In this document: positions 25,910 through 34,912 of the stretch, one piece after another
Layout of the letters: each line of letters begins with the position of its first letter
Position numbering within the stretch: position 1 is the stretch's first letter
Source: an uncultured Chloroflexia bacterium
GTDB taxonomy: Bacteria > Chloroflexota > Limnocylindria > Limnocylindrales > CSP1-4
Reading direction: 5' to 3'
NCBI GenBank assembly: GCA_963710105.1
Contig: CAVPYV010000002.1
Coordinates: forward strand, 116,972 to 180,971
DNA: 64,000 nt
Position numbers and translations under genes: made by a program
Notes under the pieces: generated by a model
Told to the model about the DNA's origin: nothing
What the model saw: only the letters and a program-made list of their open reading frames with translations
Databases searched by the model: none

Positions 25910-27039
25910 TGAGTGCGTACCGAGAGTTCACCGGCAAGAGCGTCGAGGAAGCGCTCAAGCTGGCCCGCGAGGAGTTCGGCGTCGAGCTGAACGACCTCGA
26001 CTTCGAGATCCTGACCGCCGGCAGCCGCGGCGTCCTCGGGATGGGCGCCGAGCCCGCCCGGATCGTCGCCGCCCCGCGCTCCGCCCTCGGCGGCGCCGCC
26101 CCCAAGCGCGAGGCCGCCGCGACAACGCCGCTGCCCGCCCAGCCGCCGCGCGAGGACCGCGGCTTCGGCGACCGCGACCGCGGCCCGCGCCGCGATGATC
26201 GCGGCGGGTTCCGCGGTGACCGCGACCGCGGCCCGCGCCGTGACGACCGGTCGGGTGGCGACCGCTCGCCGCGCCGCGACGACCGCCCCGATGCCGGTCG
26301 CGCGCCGCGCCGCGACGAGGCCGCTGTCGCCCCGGAGGCGGCCGCCGCCCCGGTCGAGGAGCGTGCGCCGCGTCCCGAGCGCGCCCCGGGCGGCGACCGC
26401 GATCGCGGCCCGCGCCGCGAGGACCGCGGCCCGCGGGCCGATCGACCAGAGCGCGGCCCGCGCGAAGGCGGCCCCGGCACGTCCGCGCTCAATGCCACGG
26501 AGACCGCGGAGGTCCAGGCGGCCCGCGGCTCGCTGGCCGCCGAGCGCGCCGACCTCGAGGCCGCCGAGGCCTCGCCCGAGGCCCTCGCCGCCGGCAAGGA
26601 GATCCTCGAGGAGCTGATGCGCCACATCGGCTTCGCCGTCAACGTCGAGGTCGAGACCGGCGACACGAGCCGGCTCAACGTCGTCGCCGATCCGGACGGC
26701 CGCGAGGCGCTCGGATCGCTCATCGGCCGCAAGGGCGAGCGCCTGTCCGCCCTGCAGCACCTCGTCAACCTGATGCTGTCGCGGCGGATGGGCGAGTGGA
26801 CCCGGGTCCTCGTCGACGTCGAGGACTACCGCGGCCGCCGCGAGCGGCAGCTGCGCGACCTCGCGACCCGGGCGGCCGCCCGGGTCGAGGAGACCGGCAA
26901 GATGATCCAGCTCGAGCCGATGCCCGCCCTGGAGCGGCGCTGGATCCACCTCGCGCTGCGGGATCATCCGCAGGTCGCCACCCAGTCGATCGGCGAGGAG
27001 CCGAACCGCCGGATCGTCGTCCTGTTGCGAGGCGGTTGA
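25909..27039 (+). CDS. jag: Jag/KhpB (EloR) RNA-binding protein
   Basis: 3' part of ORF 24811..27039; Jag-N (FTGKSVEEA, GSRGVLGMG), KH (LIGRKGERLSALQHL) and R3H (LEPMPALERRWIHLAL, GEEPNRRIV). Confidence 0.93.
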   Translation: MSAYREFTGKSVEEALKLAREEFGVELNDLDFEILTAGSRGVLGMGAEPARIVAAPRSALGGAAPKREAAATTPLPAQPPREDRGFGDRDRGPRRDDRGGFRGDRDRGPRRDDRSGGDRSPRRDDRPDAGRAPRRDEAAVAPEAAAAPVEERAPRPERAPGGDRDRGPRREDRGPRADRPERGPREGGPGTSALNATETAEVQAARGSLAAERADLEAAEASPEALAAGKEILEELMRHIGFAVNVEVETGDTSRLNVVADPDGREALGSLIGRKGERLSALQHLVNLMLSRRMGEWTRVLVDVEDYRGRRERQLRDLATRAAARVEETGKMIQLEPMPALERRWIHLALRDHPQVATQSIGEEPNRRIVVLLRGG

Positions 27040-27192
27040 TCGGCCGCGACCGGGTTCCTGCGTCACGCCCGGTCGCCCCCGCCCGTCACGATCCCGCCCA
27101 GGCCGGTTCGGCTTGCCCCCGCTGCTAGGATGACCCGCGACCCATGACCGCGTTCCGATCGCCGGCTCCGGCCGAGCGTGCATGAGCCTCCG

Positions 27193-29091
27193 ATGACCGA
27201 CATGCCCAACTCCGCAGCCCAGAGTCCCGCCGCCTCCTCCACGCCCGGGTTCGACACGCCCGCCGGCGAGCTTCAGCTCGCCGTGCCCGTTCGGCACCGC
27301 CGGTCGCTCGCCTTCCGCTTCGGCGTCTCGTTCGTTCTGGGCGTGGTGCTCACCCTCGCGGCCGGCGTCGGCGGCCTGTACGCATGGGCCCAGCAGTACG
27401 ACGGCCGGGTCCTGCCGGGCGTCCGGGTCGGCAGCACGGAGCTCGGCGGGCTCACTCGCGAACAGGCCGAGGCGAAGATCGCGAACGACTACGCGTGGCT
27501 CGGCACCGGGCAGCTGACGCTGACCGGCCCGGACGGTCACGTGACGACCCTCAGCTACGCCGACCTCGGCCGCGGGCCGGACACCGCAGCGTTCCTCGAC
27601 GCGGCACTCGCGGCCGGTCGCCAGGGCGAGCCTCTCGCGAACCTGATCGGCGCTTCCCGGACGGCGATCCGCGGCATCACCCTCGACTCCGCCGTCACCT
27701 ACGACCGCGACAAGTTGGCGGCCGCCGTCGAGACGCTCGCCACGACGATCGACGAGACCGCCGCGGACGCCTCCATCGCGGCCGGCCAGGATGGGCTGTT
27801 CCGGGTCTCCTCGGCGAAGGACGGTCGGGCCGTGGACAAGGCGGCTCTCCTGATCGCCCTCGACCAGCAGCTCGCTGCGGTCGACACGCCGGCATCGATC
27901 TCGATGGCCGTGCCGGTCGCGTCGCTGGCACCCGCGGTGGCGACCGTCTCGGCCGAAGCGGCGGCGATGGCCGCGAACCGGATGGCTGGCGACGTGGTCG
28001 TCGCCCGGGGCGAGGACAGCTGGACGATCGCCGGCAGGAGCCTCGCGCCGCTGATCTCGTTCTCGACCGCAGCCGACGGGAACATCACGCCGGTCTTCGA
28101 CGAGTCGGACCTCGACCCGATCCTCACCACGCTGGCCGAGAAGGTCAACCAGACGGCGCGGAGCGCAGGCCTCGCGTTGGTCAAGGGCCACGTCGTCGCA
28201 ACCGGCGCCAGCCGCGAGGGCCGAACCCTCGACGTGGCCGCCATGAAGGCCGCGATCCTCGGCGAGATCAGGTCCCGTCAGGCGGGCGCGGCAGCCTCCC
28301 GTCTTGCGGCCGTCGTCACTGCGGTCGATCCGAAGCTGACCACGGCGGACGCCAAGGCGTTCGCTCCGGACATGAAGATGATCAGTTCGTACAGCGTCTA
28401 CTACTTCGTCCTCGTCAACAACCATTGGGGCGGGAACATCGAGGCGCCGGCCACGAAGATCAACGGCACGGTCGTGCCGGCCGGCGGAGTCTTCGACTTC
28501 TGGAAAGTGGTCGGCGACCTGCGCAAGCTCCCCGGCACAGGACCCGGCAACGCGATCGAGGGCGGCAAGATCACCGTCACCGGCGCGTTCGGCGGCGGCA
28601 TCTGCACCACCTCAACGACCCTGTTCAACGCGGCGTTCCGGGCAGGCATGGTGCCGCTGGCCCGACAGAACCACAACGAGTTCATCAACCGGTATCCGCC
28701 GGGCCTTGATGCCACCGTGTGGATCGTCGGCTCGACCAAGCAGACGATGAGCTTCAAGAATGACACGCAGTACCCCATCCTGATCACGCGGACGATCACC
28801 AACGCCGGCAGCCGGCGCTGGATCACGTTCAAGATCTGGAGCGTGCCGAACGGACGGGTCGCCAAGGTCACCAACACGGTCATCAAGAATGGCCCGCGCG
28901 CGATCGACACGGTCGTGAAGGATCCGACCAAGCCCGTCGGCTACCGGTTCCGCAACAACGCCCCGGCGGACGGGGCCAAGGTGTGGGTCACCGTATCGAT
29001 CTACGATCACGGCAAGCTGCACTGGACCAAGCGGTACTACTCGAACTACCCAGCGGTCAACGGCGTCCTCGTGCAGGGAACGAAGACCTGA
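27193..29091 (+). CDS. VanW-family protein with peptidoglycan-binding (YoaR-like) repeats
   Basis: N-terminal TM, GRVLPGVRVG-x3-LGGLT, and C-terminal GGGICTTSTTLFNAA, RQNH, YPPGLDATV and FKNDT motifs; start ATG 27193 or GTG 27178. Confidence 0.85.
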   Translation: MTDMPNSAAQSPAASSTPGFDTPAGELQLAVPVRHRRSLAFRFGVSFVLGVVLTLAAGVGGLYAWAQQYDGRVLPGVRVGSTELGGLTREQAEAKIANDYAWLGTGQLTLTGPDGHVTTLSYADLGRGPDTAAFLDAALAAGRQGEPLANLIGASRTAIRGITLDSAVTYDRDKLAAAVETLATTIDETAADASIAAGQDGLFRVSSAKDGRAVDKAALLIALDQQLAAVDTPASISMAVPVASLAPAVATVSAEAAAMAANRMAGDVVVARGEDSWTIAGRSLAPLISFSTAADGNITPVFDESDLDPILTTLAEKVNQTARSAGLALVKGHVVATGASREGRTLDVAAMKAAILGEIRSRQAGAAASRLAAVVTAVDPKLTTADAKAFAPDMKMISSYSVYYFVLVNNHWGGNIEAPATKINGTVVPAGGVFDFWKVVGDLRKLPGTGPGNAIEGGKITVTGAFGGGICTTSTTLFNAAFRAGMVPLARQNHNEFINRYPPGLDATVWIVGSTKQTMSFKNDTQYPILITRTITNAGSRRWITFKIWSVPNGRVAKVTNTVIKNGPRAIDTVVKDPTKPVGYRFRNNAPADGAKVWVTVSIYDHGKLHWTKRYYSNYPAVNGVLVQGTKT

Positions 29092-29167
29092 CGTCCGTCA
29101 ATTCCGTCTGGCGCACCGAGGCGACCCACGCCGGGGAACGCCCGACGATGATCGGGCAAACCGCTTC

Positions 29168-29611
29168 CTAGACCAGTCGGGTCTCCTCACCGCCGCTGAT
29201 CTCCGCGTCGGCGACCGCGACCGCGCAGGTCGGGCAGAACCAGCGAGCCTCGATCGGGGTGCCGCACCGTTCGTGACGGAGCGGCTCGCCACCGGTCCGG
29301 CGGCTGCCCCAGTCGGCCAGGAGCCGGAGCGCCGATGCCAGGTCTCGGCCGTCGCCGGTCAGCGCGTACTCCATCCGCGGCGGTCGCGTGCTGTACGGCG
29401 ACGATACGAGGATCCGCTCCCGCTCCAGGCGTCGCAGCCGGTCGGTCAGGATGTTCGGCGCGATCCCCGGCAGGGCCTCGCGGAGCTCGCCGAAGCGGCG
29501 GGGCCCATCGAGAAGCGCGTCCACGACGAGGAGGGACCAGCGATCGCCGACCCGGTCGAGGGCGGCCTCGAGCGCGGTCGGGGGCGGGCTCCCGGGGGCG
29601 GCCTCGGTCAT
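29168..29611 (-). CDS. HxlR-family winged-helix regulator with C-terminal H/C zinc-ribbon-like motif
   Basis: VGDRWSLLVV, GPRRFGEL, LTDRLRRL, EYALT-x2-GRDL, then HERCG...CPTC; ATG 29611 lies 7 nt after TAGGAT. Confidence 0.88.
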   Translation of the reverse strand: MTEAAPGSPPPTALEAALDRVGDRWSLLVVDALLDGPRRFGELREALPGIAPNILTDRLRRLERERILVSSPYSTRPPRMEYALTGDGRDLASALRLLADWGSRRTGGEPLRHERCGTPIEARWFCPTCAVAVADAEISGGEETRLV

Positions 29612-29648
29612 GGCCGCCATCCTACCCCGGGGCTTGCGTCCCGGGCAC

Positions 29649-29685
29649 GTCAGTTGTATGTTGCGATTTGCAACTGACAACTGAC
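29649..29685. promoter_or_regulatory. inverted-repeat operator candidate between the HxlR gene and the protease operon
   Basis: GTCAGTTG-N14-CAACTGAC with nested GTTGC-N5-GCAAC and an extra AACTGAC direct repeat; AT-rich relative to the surroundings. Confidence 0.55.
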
Positions 29686-29739
29686 CGGCACGGGCGATCC
29701 TCCGTCCCGCCGGCGACCGAACCGGAGAAGCGACCCACG

Positions 29740-30636
29740 ATGACCATCCTCGACGAGCTTTCCAGCGCGATCCGCACCGTCCACGATTCGGCCGGGCCGG
29801 CCGTCGTCGGCATCGGCCAGCGCAACCGCGGCAGCGGCGTCGTCGTCGCCGACGGCCGCGTCCTGACGAATGCCCACAACCTCCGCGGCGACGAGGTGAC
29901 CGTCATCTTCCGTGACGGTCGGACGGAGCGCGGCACGGTCCGCGGCGTCGACCCCGACGGCGACCTCGCGGTCATCGAGGTCGACACGAGCGGGGCGACG
30001 GCGATCGGCTGGTCCGATGCCGAGCCGGCGATCGGCGACGTCGTGTTCGGGCTGGCCTCGACCGGCGCGGGCGCCGCCCGCGTCACGAGCGGCACGATCT
30101 CGGCGATCGAGCAGACGTTCCGCGGCCCGGGCGGCAGCCGGATCGGCGGCAGCCTGGAGCACACGGCGCCACTCGCGTCCGGGTCGTCGGGCGGGCCGCT
30201 GGTCGACGGCGCCGGACGGCTCCTCGCGATCAACACGAACCGGATCGGCGAGGGCTTCTACCTCGCCCGCCCCGCCGACGCCGCGCTCCGCGGGCGCGTC
30301 GAGGCGCTGTCGCGCGGCGAGTCCGTCAGCCGGCCGCGCCTCGGGATCGCGGTCGCCCCGTCCGTCGTCGCCCGGCGGCTGCGCCGCTCGGTCGGCCTGA
30401 CCGAGCGCGACGGCCTCCTGGTTCGCGGTGTGGAGGACGGCAGTCCGGCCGACCGGGCCGGGATCCGCGAGGGCGACCTGCTCGTCGAGGCGGCCGGCCG
30501 GCCGCTGACCGACTCGGACAGCCTGCCGGCGATCCTCGCCGAGGCCGGCCTGCCGATCGAGCTCCGGATCGTCCGCGGCGACGAGGAGCGGACGGTCAGC
30601 GTCGGCGGCACGACCGACGCGTCCGGCGAGGCGTGA
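29740..30636 (+). CDS. HtrA/S1C serine protease with PDZ domain, no signal peptide (copy 1)
   Basis: 3' part of ORF 29335..30636; TNAHNL, DLAVI and GSSGGPL triad; PDZ (GLLV-x2-VEDGSPADRAGIREGD); GGAG SD before ATG 29740. Confidence 0.87.
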   Translation: MTILDELSSAIRTVHDSAGPAVVGIGQRNRGSGVVVADGRVLTNAHNLRGDEVTVIFRDGRTERGTVRGVDPDGDLAVIEVDTSGATAIGWSDAEPAIGDVVFGLASTGAGAARVTSGTISAIEQTFRGPGGSRIGGSLEHTAPLASGSSGGPLVDGAGRLLAINTNRIGEGFYLARPADAALRGRVEALSRGESVSRPRLGIAVAPSVVARRLRRSVGLTERDGLLVRGVEDGSPADRAGIREGDLLVEAAGRPLTDSDSLPAILAEAGLPIELRIVRGDEERTVSVGGTTDASGEA

Positions 30637-31637
30637 GCGTGGTCGCCCTGCGCGAGCTCGAGCCCGACGACGCCACGGTCGACGACGCCCTCACCGAGGC
30701 GATCGAGGACGAGGCCCTCGACGCGTACTCCGCAGCGGTCAGCACCGCGGCCGAGCGGCTGATCCCGTCGGTCGCCGGACTGCGCGTCGAACGCCGTTCC
30801 GGTGGCTGGCCGGGCGGTGGGAGCGGCTCGGCCGTCGCGTTCACGCCCGACGGGTTCCTCGTGACGAACGCCCACGTCATCGCCGGCGCGGAGCGGGGAA
30901 CCGCGACGTTCGTCGACGGCGACGAGGAGACGTTCGAGGTCGTCGGGCGCGATCCCCTGTCGGACCTCGCCGTCGTTCGTGCCTCCGGCACGCATGCGCC
31001 GGCTCCGTTCGGTGACGCCGCGCGGCTCCGGGTCGGCCAGCTCGTCGTCGCGGTCGGCAACCCGATGGGCTTCGCCGGGACCGTCACGGCCGGGGTGGTG
31101 AGCGCCCTCGGGCGCTCGCTCGCGGCCCGCGACGGCCAGGCGAGCCGGCTCGTCGAGAACGTGATCCAGACCGACGCCGCCCTGAACCCGGGCAACTCCG
31201 GCGGCGCCCTCGCCGACATCCGGGGGCGGGTGGTCGGGATCAACACGGCGGTGGCCGGAGTCGGGCTGGGGCTGGCCGTGCCGATTGACGCCGCCACCCG
31301 CATCATCCTCGCTGCGCTCATGCGCGATGGGCGGGTGCGGCGGGCCTGGCTCGGCATCGTCGGCGGCACGCGGCGCCTCCCGGCGCCGCTCGGAGAGCGG
31401 CTCGGCCGGACCGTCGGCCTCGAGGTCGTCCAGCTTCTCGAGGGCAGTCCGGCAGCCGCCGCAGGCGTCCGCGCCGGCGACCTGATCGTCTCGCTCGATG
31501 GCCGCCCGATCGCCGGGGTCGGAGATCTCCAGCGGGCCCTCGTCGGCGACCTCGTCGGGCGGGCCGTCGAGGTCACGCTCGAGCGCGACGGCGCCCTGGC
31601 CGAGGTCGCGCTGACGCCGGCCGAGCTCGGGTCCTGA
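30633..31637 (+). CDS. HtrA/S1C serine protease with PDZ domain, no signal peptide (copy 2)
   Basis: TNAHVI, SDLAVV, IQTDAALNPGNSGGAL; PDZ (GSPAAAAGVRAGDLI); acidic N-terminus. Confidence 0.9.
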   Translation: MSVVALRELEPDDATVDDALTEAIEDEALDAYSAAVSTAAERLIPSVAGLRVERRSGGWPGGGSGSAVAFTPDGFLVTNAHVIAGAERGTATFVDGDEETFEVVGRDPLSDLAVVRASGTHAPAPFGDAARLRVGQLVVAVGNPMGFAGTVTAGVVSALGRSLAARDGQASRLVENVIQTDAALNPGNSGGALADIRGRVVGINTAVAGVGLGLAVPIDAATRIILAALMRDGRVRRAWLGIVGGTRRLPAPLGERLGRTVGLEVVQLLEGSPAAAAGVRAGDLIVSLDGRPIAGVGDLQRALVGDLVGRAVEVTLERDGALAEVALTPAELGS

Positions 31638-31726
31638 CGCCTTCCCTGCAGGATTCCCGGATTCGTGAGATCGTTGCTTGCGCAACGGATATGCACTCAC
31701 ACAGAGACGACGGAGACAACACGCAC

Positions 31727-32158
31727 ATGGCCGACTGGGACCCCGAGACCTTCACCCGCAACCTCATCGACGACATGCGGGCCCATGGCGGCGTGCCGAC
31801 CGCCGGCCCGTTCGCCGGCCGCAAGCTGCTGATCCTGAACACGAAGGGCGCGAAGAGCGGCGAGCCCCGGACCGCGGTGCTGGCCTACCGGCAGGACGGC
31901 GACCGCTGGTCGATCTCCGCGTCGAAGGGCGGCGCGCCGGTCCACCCGGCCTGGCTCCACAACCTCGAGGCCCATCCCGACGAGGTCACGATCGAGGTCG
32001 GCAACCAGATCGTCCCGGTCCGGCCGCTCATCGAGATCGAGGGCCCGGAGCGGGATCGGCTGTGGGAAGCCCACGTCGACGAGATGCCCGGCTTCGGCGA
32101 GTACCCGAAGAAGACCGAGCGGGTCATCCCGATGATTCTCCTCGAGCGGGTCGACTGA
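31727..32158 (+). CDS. deazaflavin (F420)-dependent nitroreductase/Ddn family protein
   Basis: LLILNTKGAKSG-x2-R, SASKGGAP-x-HPAW-x2-NL-x-AHP, Y-x2-KT-x-RVIPMILL. Confidence 0.87.
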   Translation: MADWDPETFTRNLIDDMRAHGGVPTAGPFAGRKLLILNTKGAKSGEPRTAVLAYRQDGDRWSISASKGGAPVHPAWLHNLEAHPDEVTIEVGNQIVPVRPLIEIEGPERDRLWEAHVDEMPGFGEYPKKTERVIPMILLERVD

Positions 32159-32279
32159 CGACCGTCCGCCGGCGGGAGCCGGTTGCCCGAACCGATCGAC
32201 GGCCCTCGTCCCCGCGGACGAGGGCCGTTTCGTCACCGCGGACGATGCCCGGCCGTCGCCGGCCGGGTACTGTCGCGTC

Positions 32280-33494
32280 GTGCGCCGCCTCACGACCGCC
32301 ATGCCGGTCCCCACGCTCTCGCCGGCCGCGGTCGATCGGCTGATCGTCCTCGCCCTGATTGCCGGCGGGCTCCTGTGGGCATGGCCGGGCTACTTCCCGG
32401 CCGTCGAGCGGTTCCCGCGGGTCGACTGGCTGAACTACCTCGGTCCGTTCGCGTTCGCGATCCTGGTGCCCCTGCCGCTCCTGGTTCGGCGGACGTGGCC
32501 GATCCTCGCGTTCGGCGGGGCGATCGCCTCCCTGGCCGCCTCGGGCCTCGTGAGCCGGGAGGTCGGGACACCGGCGATTGCCATCTTCCTCGGCGCCTAT
32601 TCGGTCGGCCGGTACACGCCGCGGCGCGGCCTTTCGGTCGGGGCGATGCTGATCGCGGGCGGGCTCGGCCTGGCATCCAGCCTCGGGTCCGAAGGCCTGA
32701 GCACCTGGCTCCTGTTCATGTTCTCGTTCCTGTTCGGGATGTGGCTGACCGGCGACACGGCGCGAACGCGGGAGCTGCGGGCCGAGCATCTCGAAGAGCG
32801 AGCGGCTCGCCACGAGGCAGAGGCGCGGACCGCCGCGGCCCGGGCGGCCGACGCGGAGCGGTCGCGGATCGCCCGCGAGCTGCACGACGTGATCGCCCAC
32901 AACGTCAGCGTGATCGTCGTCCAGGCAGCGGCCGCCGGCCGGATCATCGACGACGACCCCGGCCAGGCGAAGGCATCTCTGGCCACGATCGAGGCGACCG
33001 GTCGGGAGGCGCTGTCCGAGATGCGGCGGCTCCTCGGGGTGCTCCGGGCGGGCGAGCCGAGCCCGTCGGGCCCGCAGCCCTCCCTCGAGCGGCTGCCGGC
33101 CCTCGTCGCGGAGATGCGGGCTTCGGGCCTGCCGGTCGAGCTCGCCGTCGAGGGGGATCCCCGGGATCTCCCGCCCGGCGTCGACCTGTCGGCCTACCGG
33201 GTGATCCAGGAGGCGCTCACCAACGCCCTTCGCCATGCCGGCCGGACGTCGACCCGCGTCGTCGTGCGGTACGGACGGGACGCGATCGACGTCGAGGTCG
33301 TCGACGAGGGGCGGGCGGACGGACGGATGGCGGGACCGGCGCGCGACGTCGCCGGCGGCGGCATCGCCGCCACCGGGCATGGCCTCGCCGGCATGCGCGA
33401 GCGGGTGGCCCTCGTCCGCGGCGAGCTGGAGGCGGGCCCTCGACCGGAGGGCGGCTTCCGGGTCCGGGCGCGGCTGCCGGTCGACGCCGCGTGA
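32280..33494 (+). CDS. sensor histidine kinase (HisKA_3, NarX/DesK-like)
   Basis: TM N-terminus; ERSRIARELHDVIAH, YRVIQEALTNALRHA and GHGLAGMRERV. Confidence 0.93.
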   Translation: MRRLTTAMPVPTLSPAAVDRLIVLALIAGGLLWAWPGYFPAVERFPRVDWLNYLGPFAFAILVPLPLLVRRTWPILAFGGAIASLAASGLVSREVGTPAIAIFLGAYSVGRYTPRRGLSVGAMLIAGGLGLASSLGSEGLSTWLLFMFSFLFGMWLTGDTARTRELRAEHLEERAARHEAEARTAAARAADAERSRIARELHDVIAHNVSVIVVQAAAAGRIIDDDPGQAKASLATIEATGREALSEMRRLLGVLRAGEPSPSGPQPSLERLPALVAEMRASGLPVELAVEGDPRDLPPGVDLSAYRVIQEALTNALRHAGRTSTRVVVRYGRDAIDVEVVDEGRADGRMAGPARDVAGGGIAATGHGLAGMRERVALVRGELEAGPRPEGGFRVRARLPVDAA

Positions 33495-34159
33495 CGATCC
33501 GGATCCTCGTCGTCGACGATCAGGCGCTGCTCCGGACGGGGTTCCGGATGATCCTCGGCGGAGAGCCCGACCTGGTCGTCGTGGGCGAGGCCGAGGATGG
33601 GCAGCGCGCGATCGAGCTGGCGGGACGGCTCGCCCCCGACGTCGTCCTGATGGACATCCGGATGCCGACGCTCGACGGGCTCGAGGCGACGCGGCGGCTG
33701 ACGGCCGGGCGCACCGATGAAGCACGGCCGCGGGTCATCATCCTGACGACATTCGACCTCGACGAGTACGTCTACGAGGCCCTCCGCGCCGGGGCGAGCG
33801 GCTTCCTGCTCAAGGACAGTCCGCCCGATCAGCTGATCGCCGCCATCCGGATCGTGGCAGCCGGTGACGCCCTGATCGCGCCGTCGGTGACGCGCCGCCT
33901 GATCGCCGAGTTCGCCGCCCGCCCATCGCCGCCGGCGGCCGCGCCGAGCGGCCTCGCCGACCTGACCCCGCGCGAGCTCGACGTCCTGCGCCTGGTGGCT
34001 CGCGGCCGCTCGAACGCCGAGATCGCGGATGAGCTCGTGGTGAGCGCGACGACGGTGAAGAGCCACGTCGCGCGGATCCTCATGAAGCTGGACATCCGCG
34101 ATCGGGTCCAGGCGGTCGTCCTCGCCTACGAGTCCGGACTGGTCCAGCCGGGCGGCTGA
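33491..34159 (+). CDS. NarL/LuxR-family response regulator
   Basis: 3' part of ORF 32183..34159; VVDDQ, DVVLMDIRMP, LTTFD, GFLLKD and LTPRELDVL...TVKSHV. Confidence 0.93.
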   Translation: MTIRILVVDDQALLRTGFRMILGGEPDLVVVGEAEDGQRAIELAGRLAPDVVLMDIRMPTLDGLEATRRLTAGRTDEARPRVIILTTFDLDEYVYEALRAGASGFLLKDSPPDQLIAAIRIVAAGDALIAPSVTRRLIAEFAARPSPPAAAPSGLADLTPRELDVLRLVARGRSNAEIADELVVSATTVKSHVARILMKLDIRDRVQAVVLAYESGLVQPGG

Positions 34160-34365
34160 CGCGTCCGCCGGGGCGGGAACGCGGACCTGGTTGGCGCGCG
34201 GACGCGGCGCGAATCCGACCGTCCGGCCTCCTTCCCGCGGACGAGGCGGGCCGGCTCGTCGTCCCGGGGGCGGAGGTCGGAGCGCCGGTCGCGGCCGAAT
34301 CGACGAGGCGGGATTCGTTCGCTCGGCAGACGACGACAGCCCGGCCGCGCGCCGACGATCGCGGG

Positions 34366-34403
34366 GTCATCGACATCGGGTCGATGACGGTCCAACCGGA
34401 CCG
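34366..34403. promoter_or_regulatory. two adjacent perfect inverted repeats upstream of the SodC-like gene
   Basis: GTCATCGAC-N5-GTCGATGAC (34366-34388) and CGGTCC-N4-GGACCG (34388-34403). Confidence 0.4.
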
Positions 34404-34423
34404 TGTCCCCAGAGGAGATCGCC

Positions 34424-34912
34424 ATGATCGTTTCCCCGGTCCCGCCGCGGCGCCGGATCTTCCGCGGAATCGGGCTCGCCATCGCCGGCCTGACCCTCGC
34501 CGCGACGATCGCCGGACCGGCCCTCGCCGACGGCGCGTCGGTCACGGCCGGATCGCTCCGCGCCTTCGCCACCAGCAGCGACCCCGCGATCGGCGGGCGG
34601 GCCACGATGGTCCGGACCGCCGACGGGAAGACCATCGTCACGGTCCACGTCACGGGTCTCGCGCCGTCGACGACGTACGGATCGCACGTCCACCTCCAGG
34701 CCTGCGCGAACGGGTTCGCCGGCGGCCACTACCGGTTCGACCCGGCGGGGCCGGCCGCGCCTCCGAACGAGATCCACCTCGACTTCACGACGAACGCGGC
34801 CGGCGTCGGCCTCGGTCGGGCGGTCGTCGACGCGGTCGCCGGCCCGACCGCCGTCGCGGTCGTCGTCCATGCGCCGGGCGGCGCCAAGATCGCCTGCGCC
34901 GACCTCTCGTGA
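34424..34912 (+). CDS. secreted Cu/Zn-SOD-fold protein
   Basis: GAGGAG SD before ATG 34424; RR-x-F Tat-like signal with ALA cleavage site; YGSHVH, GGHY, VVVH and KIACADL. Confidence 0.72.
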   Translation: MIVSPVPPRRRIFRGIGLAIAGLTLAATIAGPALADGASVTAGSLRAFATSSDPAIGGRATMVRTADGKTIVTVHVTGLAPSTTYGSHVHLQACANGFAGGHYRFDPAGPAAPPNEIHLDFTTNAAGVGLGRAVVDAVAGPTAVAVVVHAPGGAKIACADLS

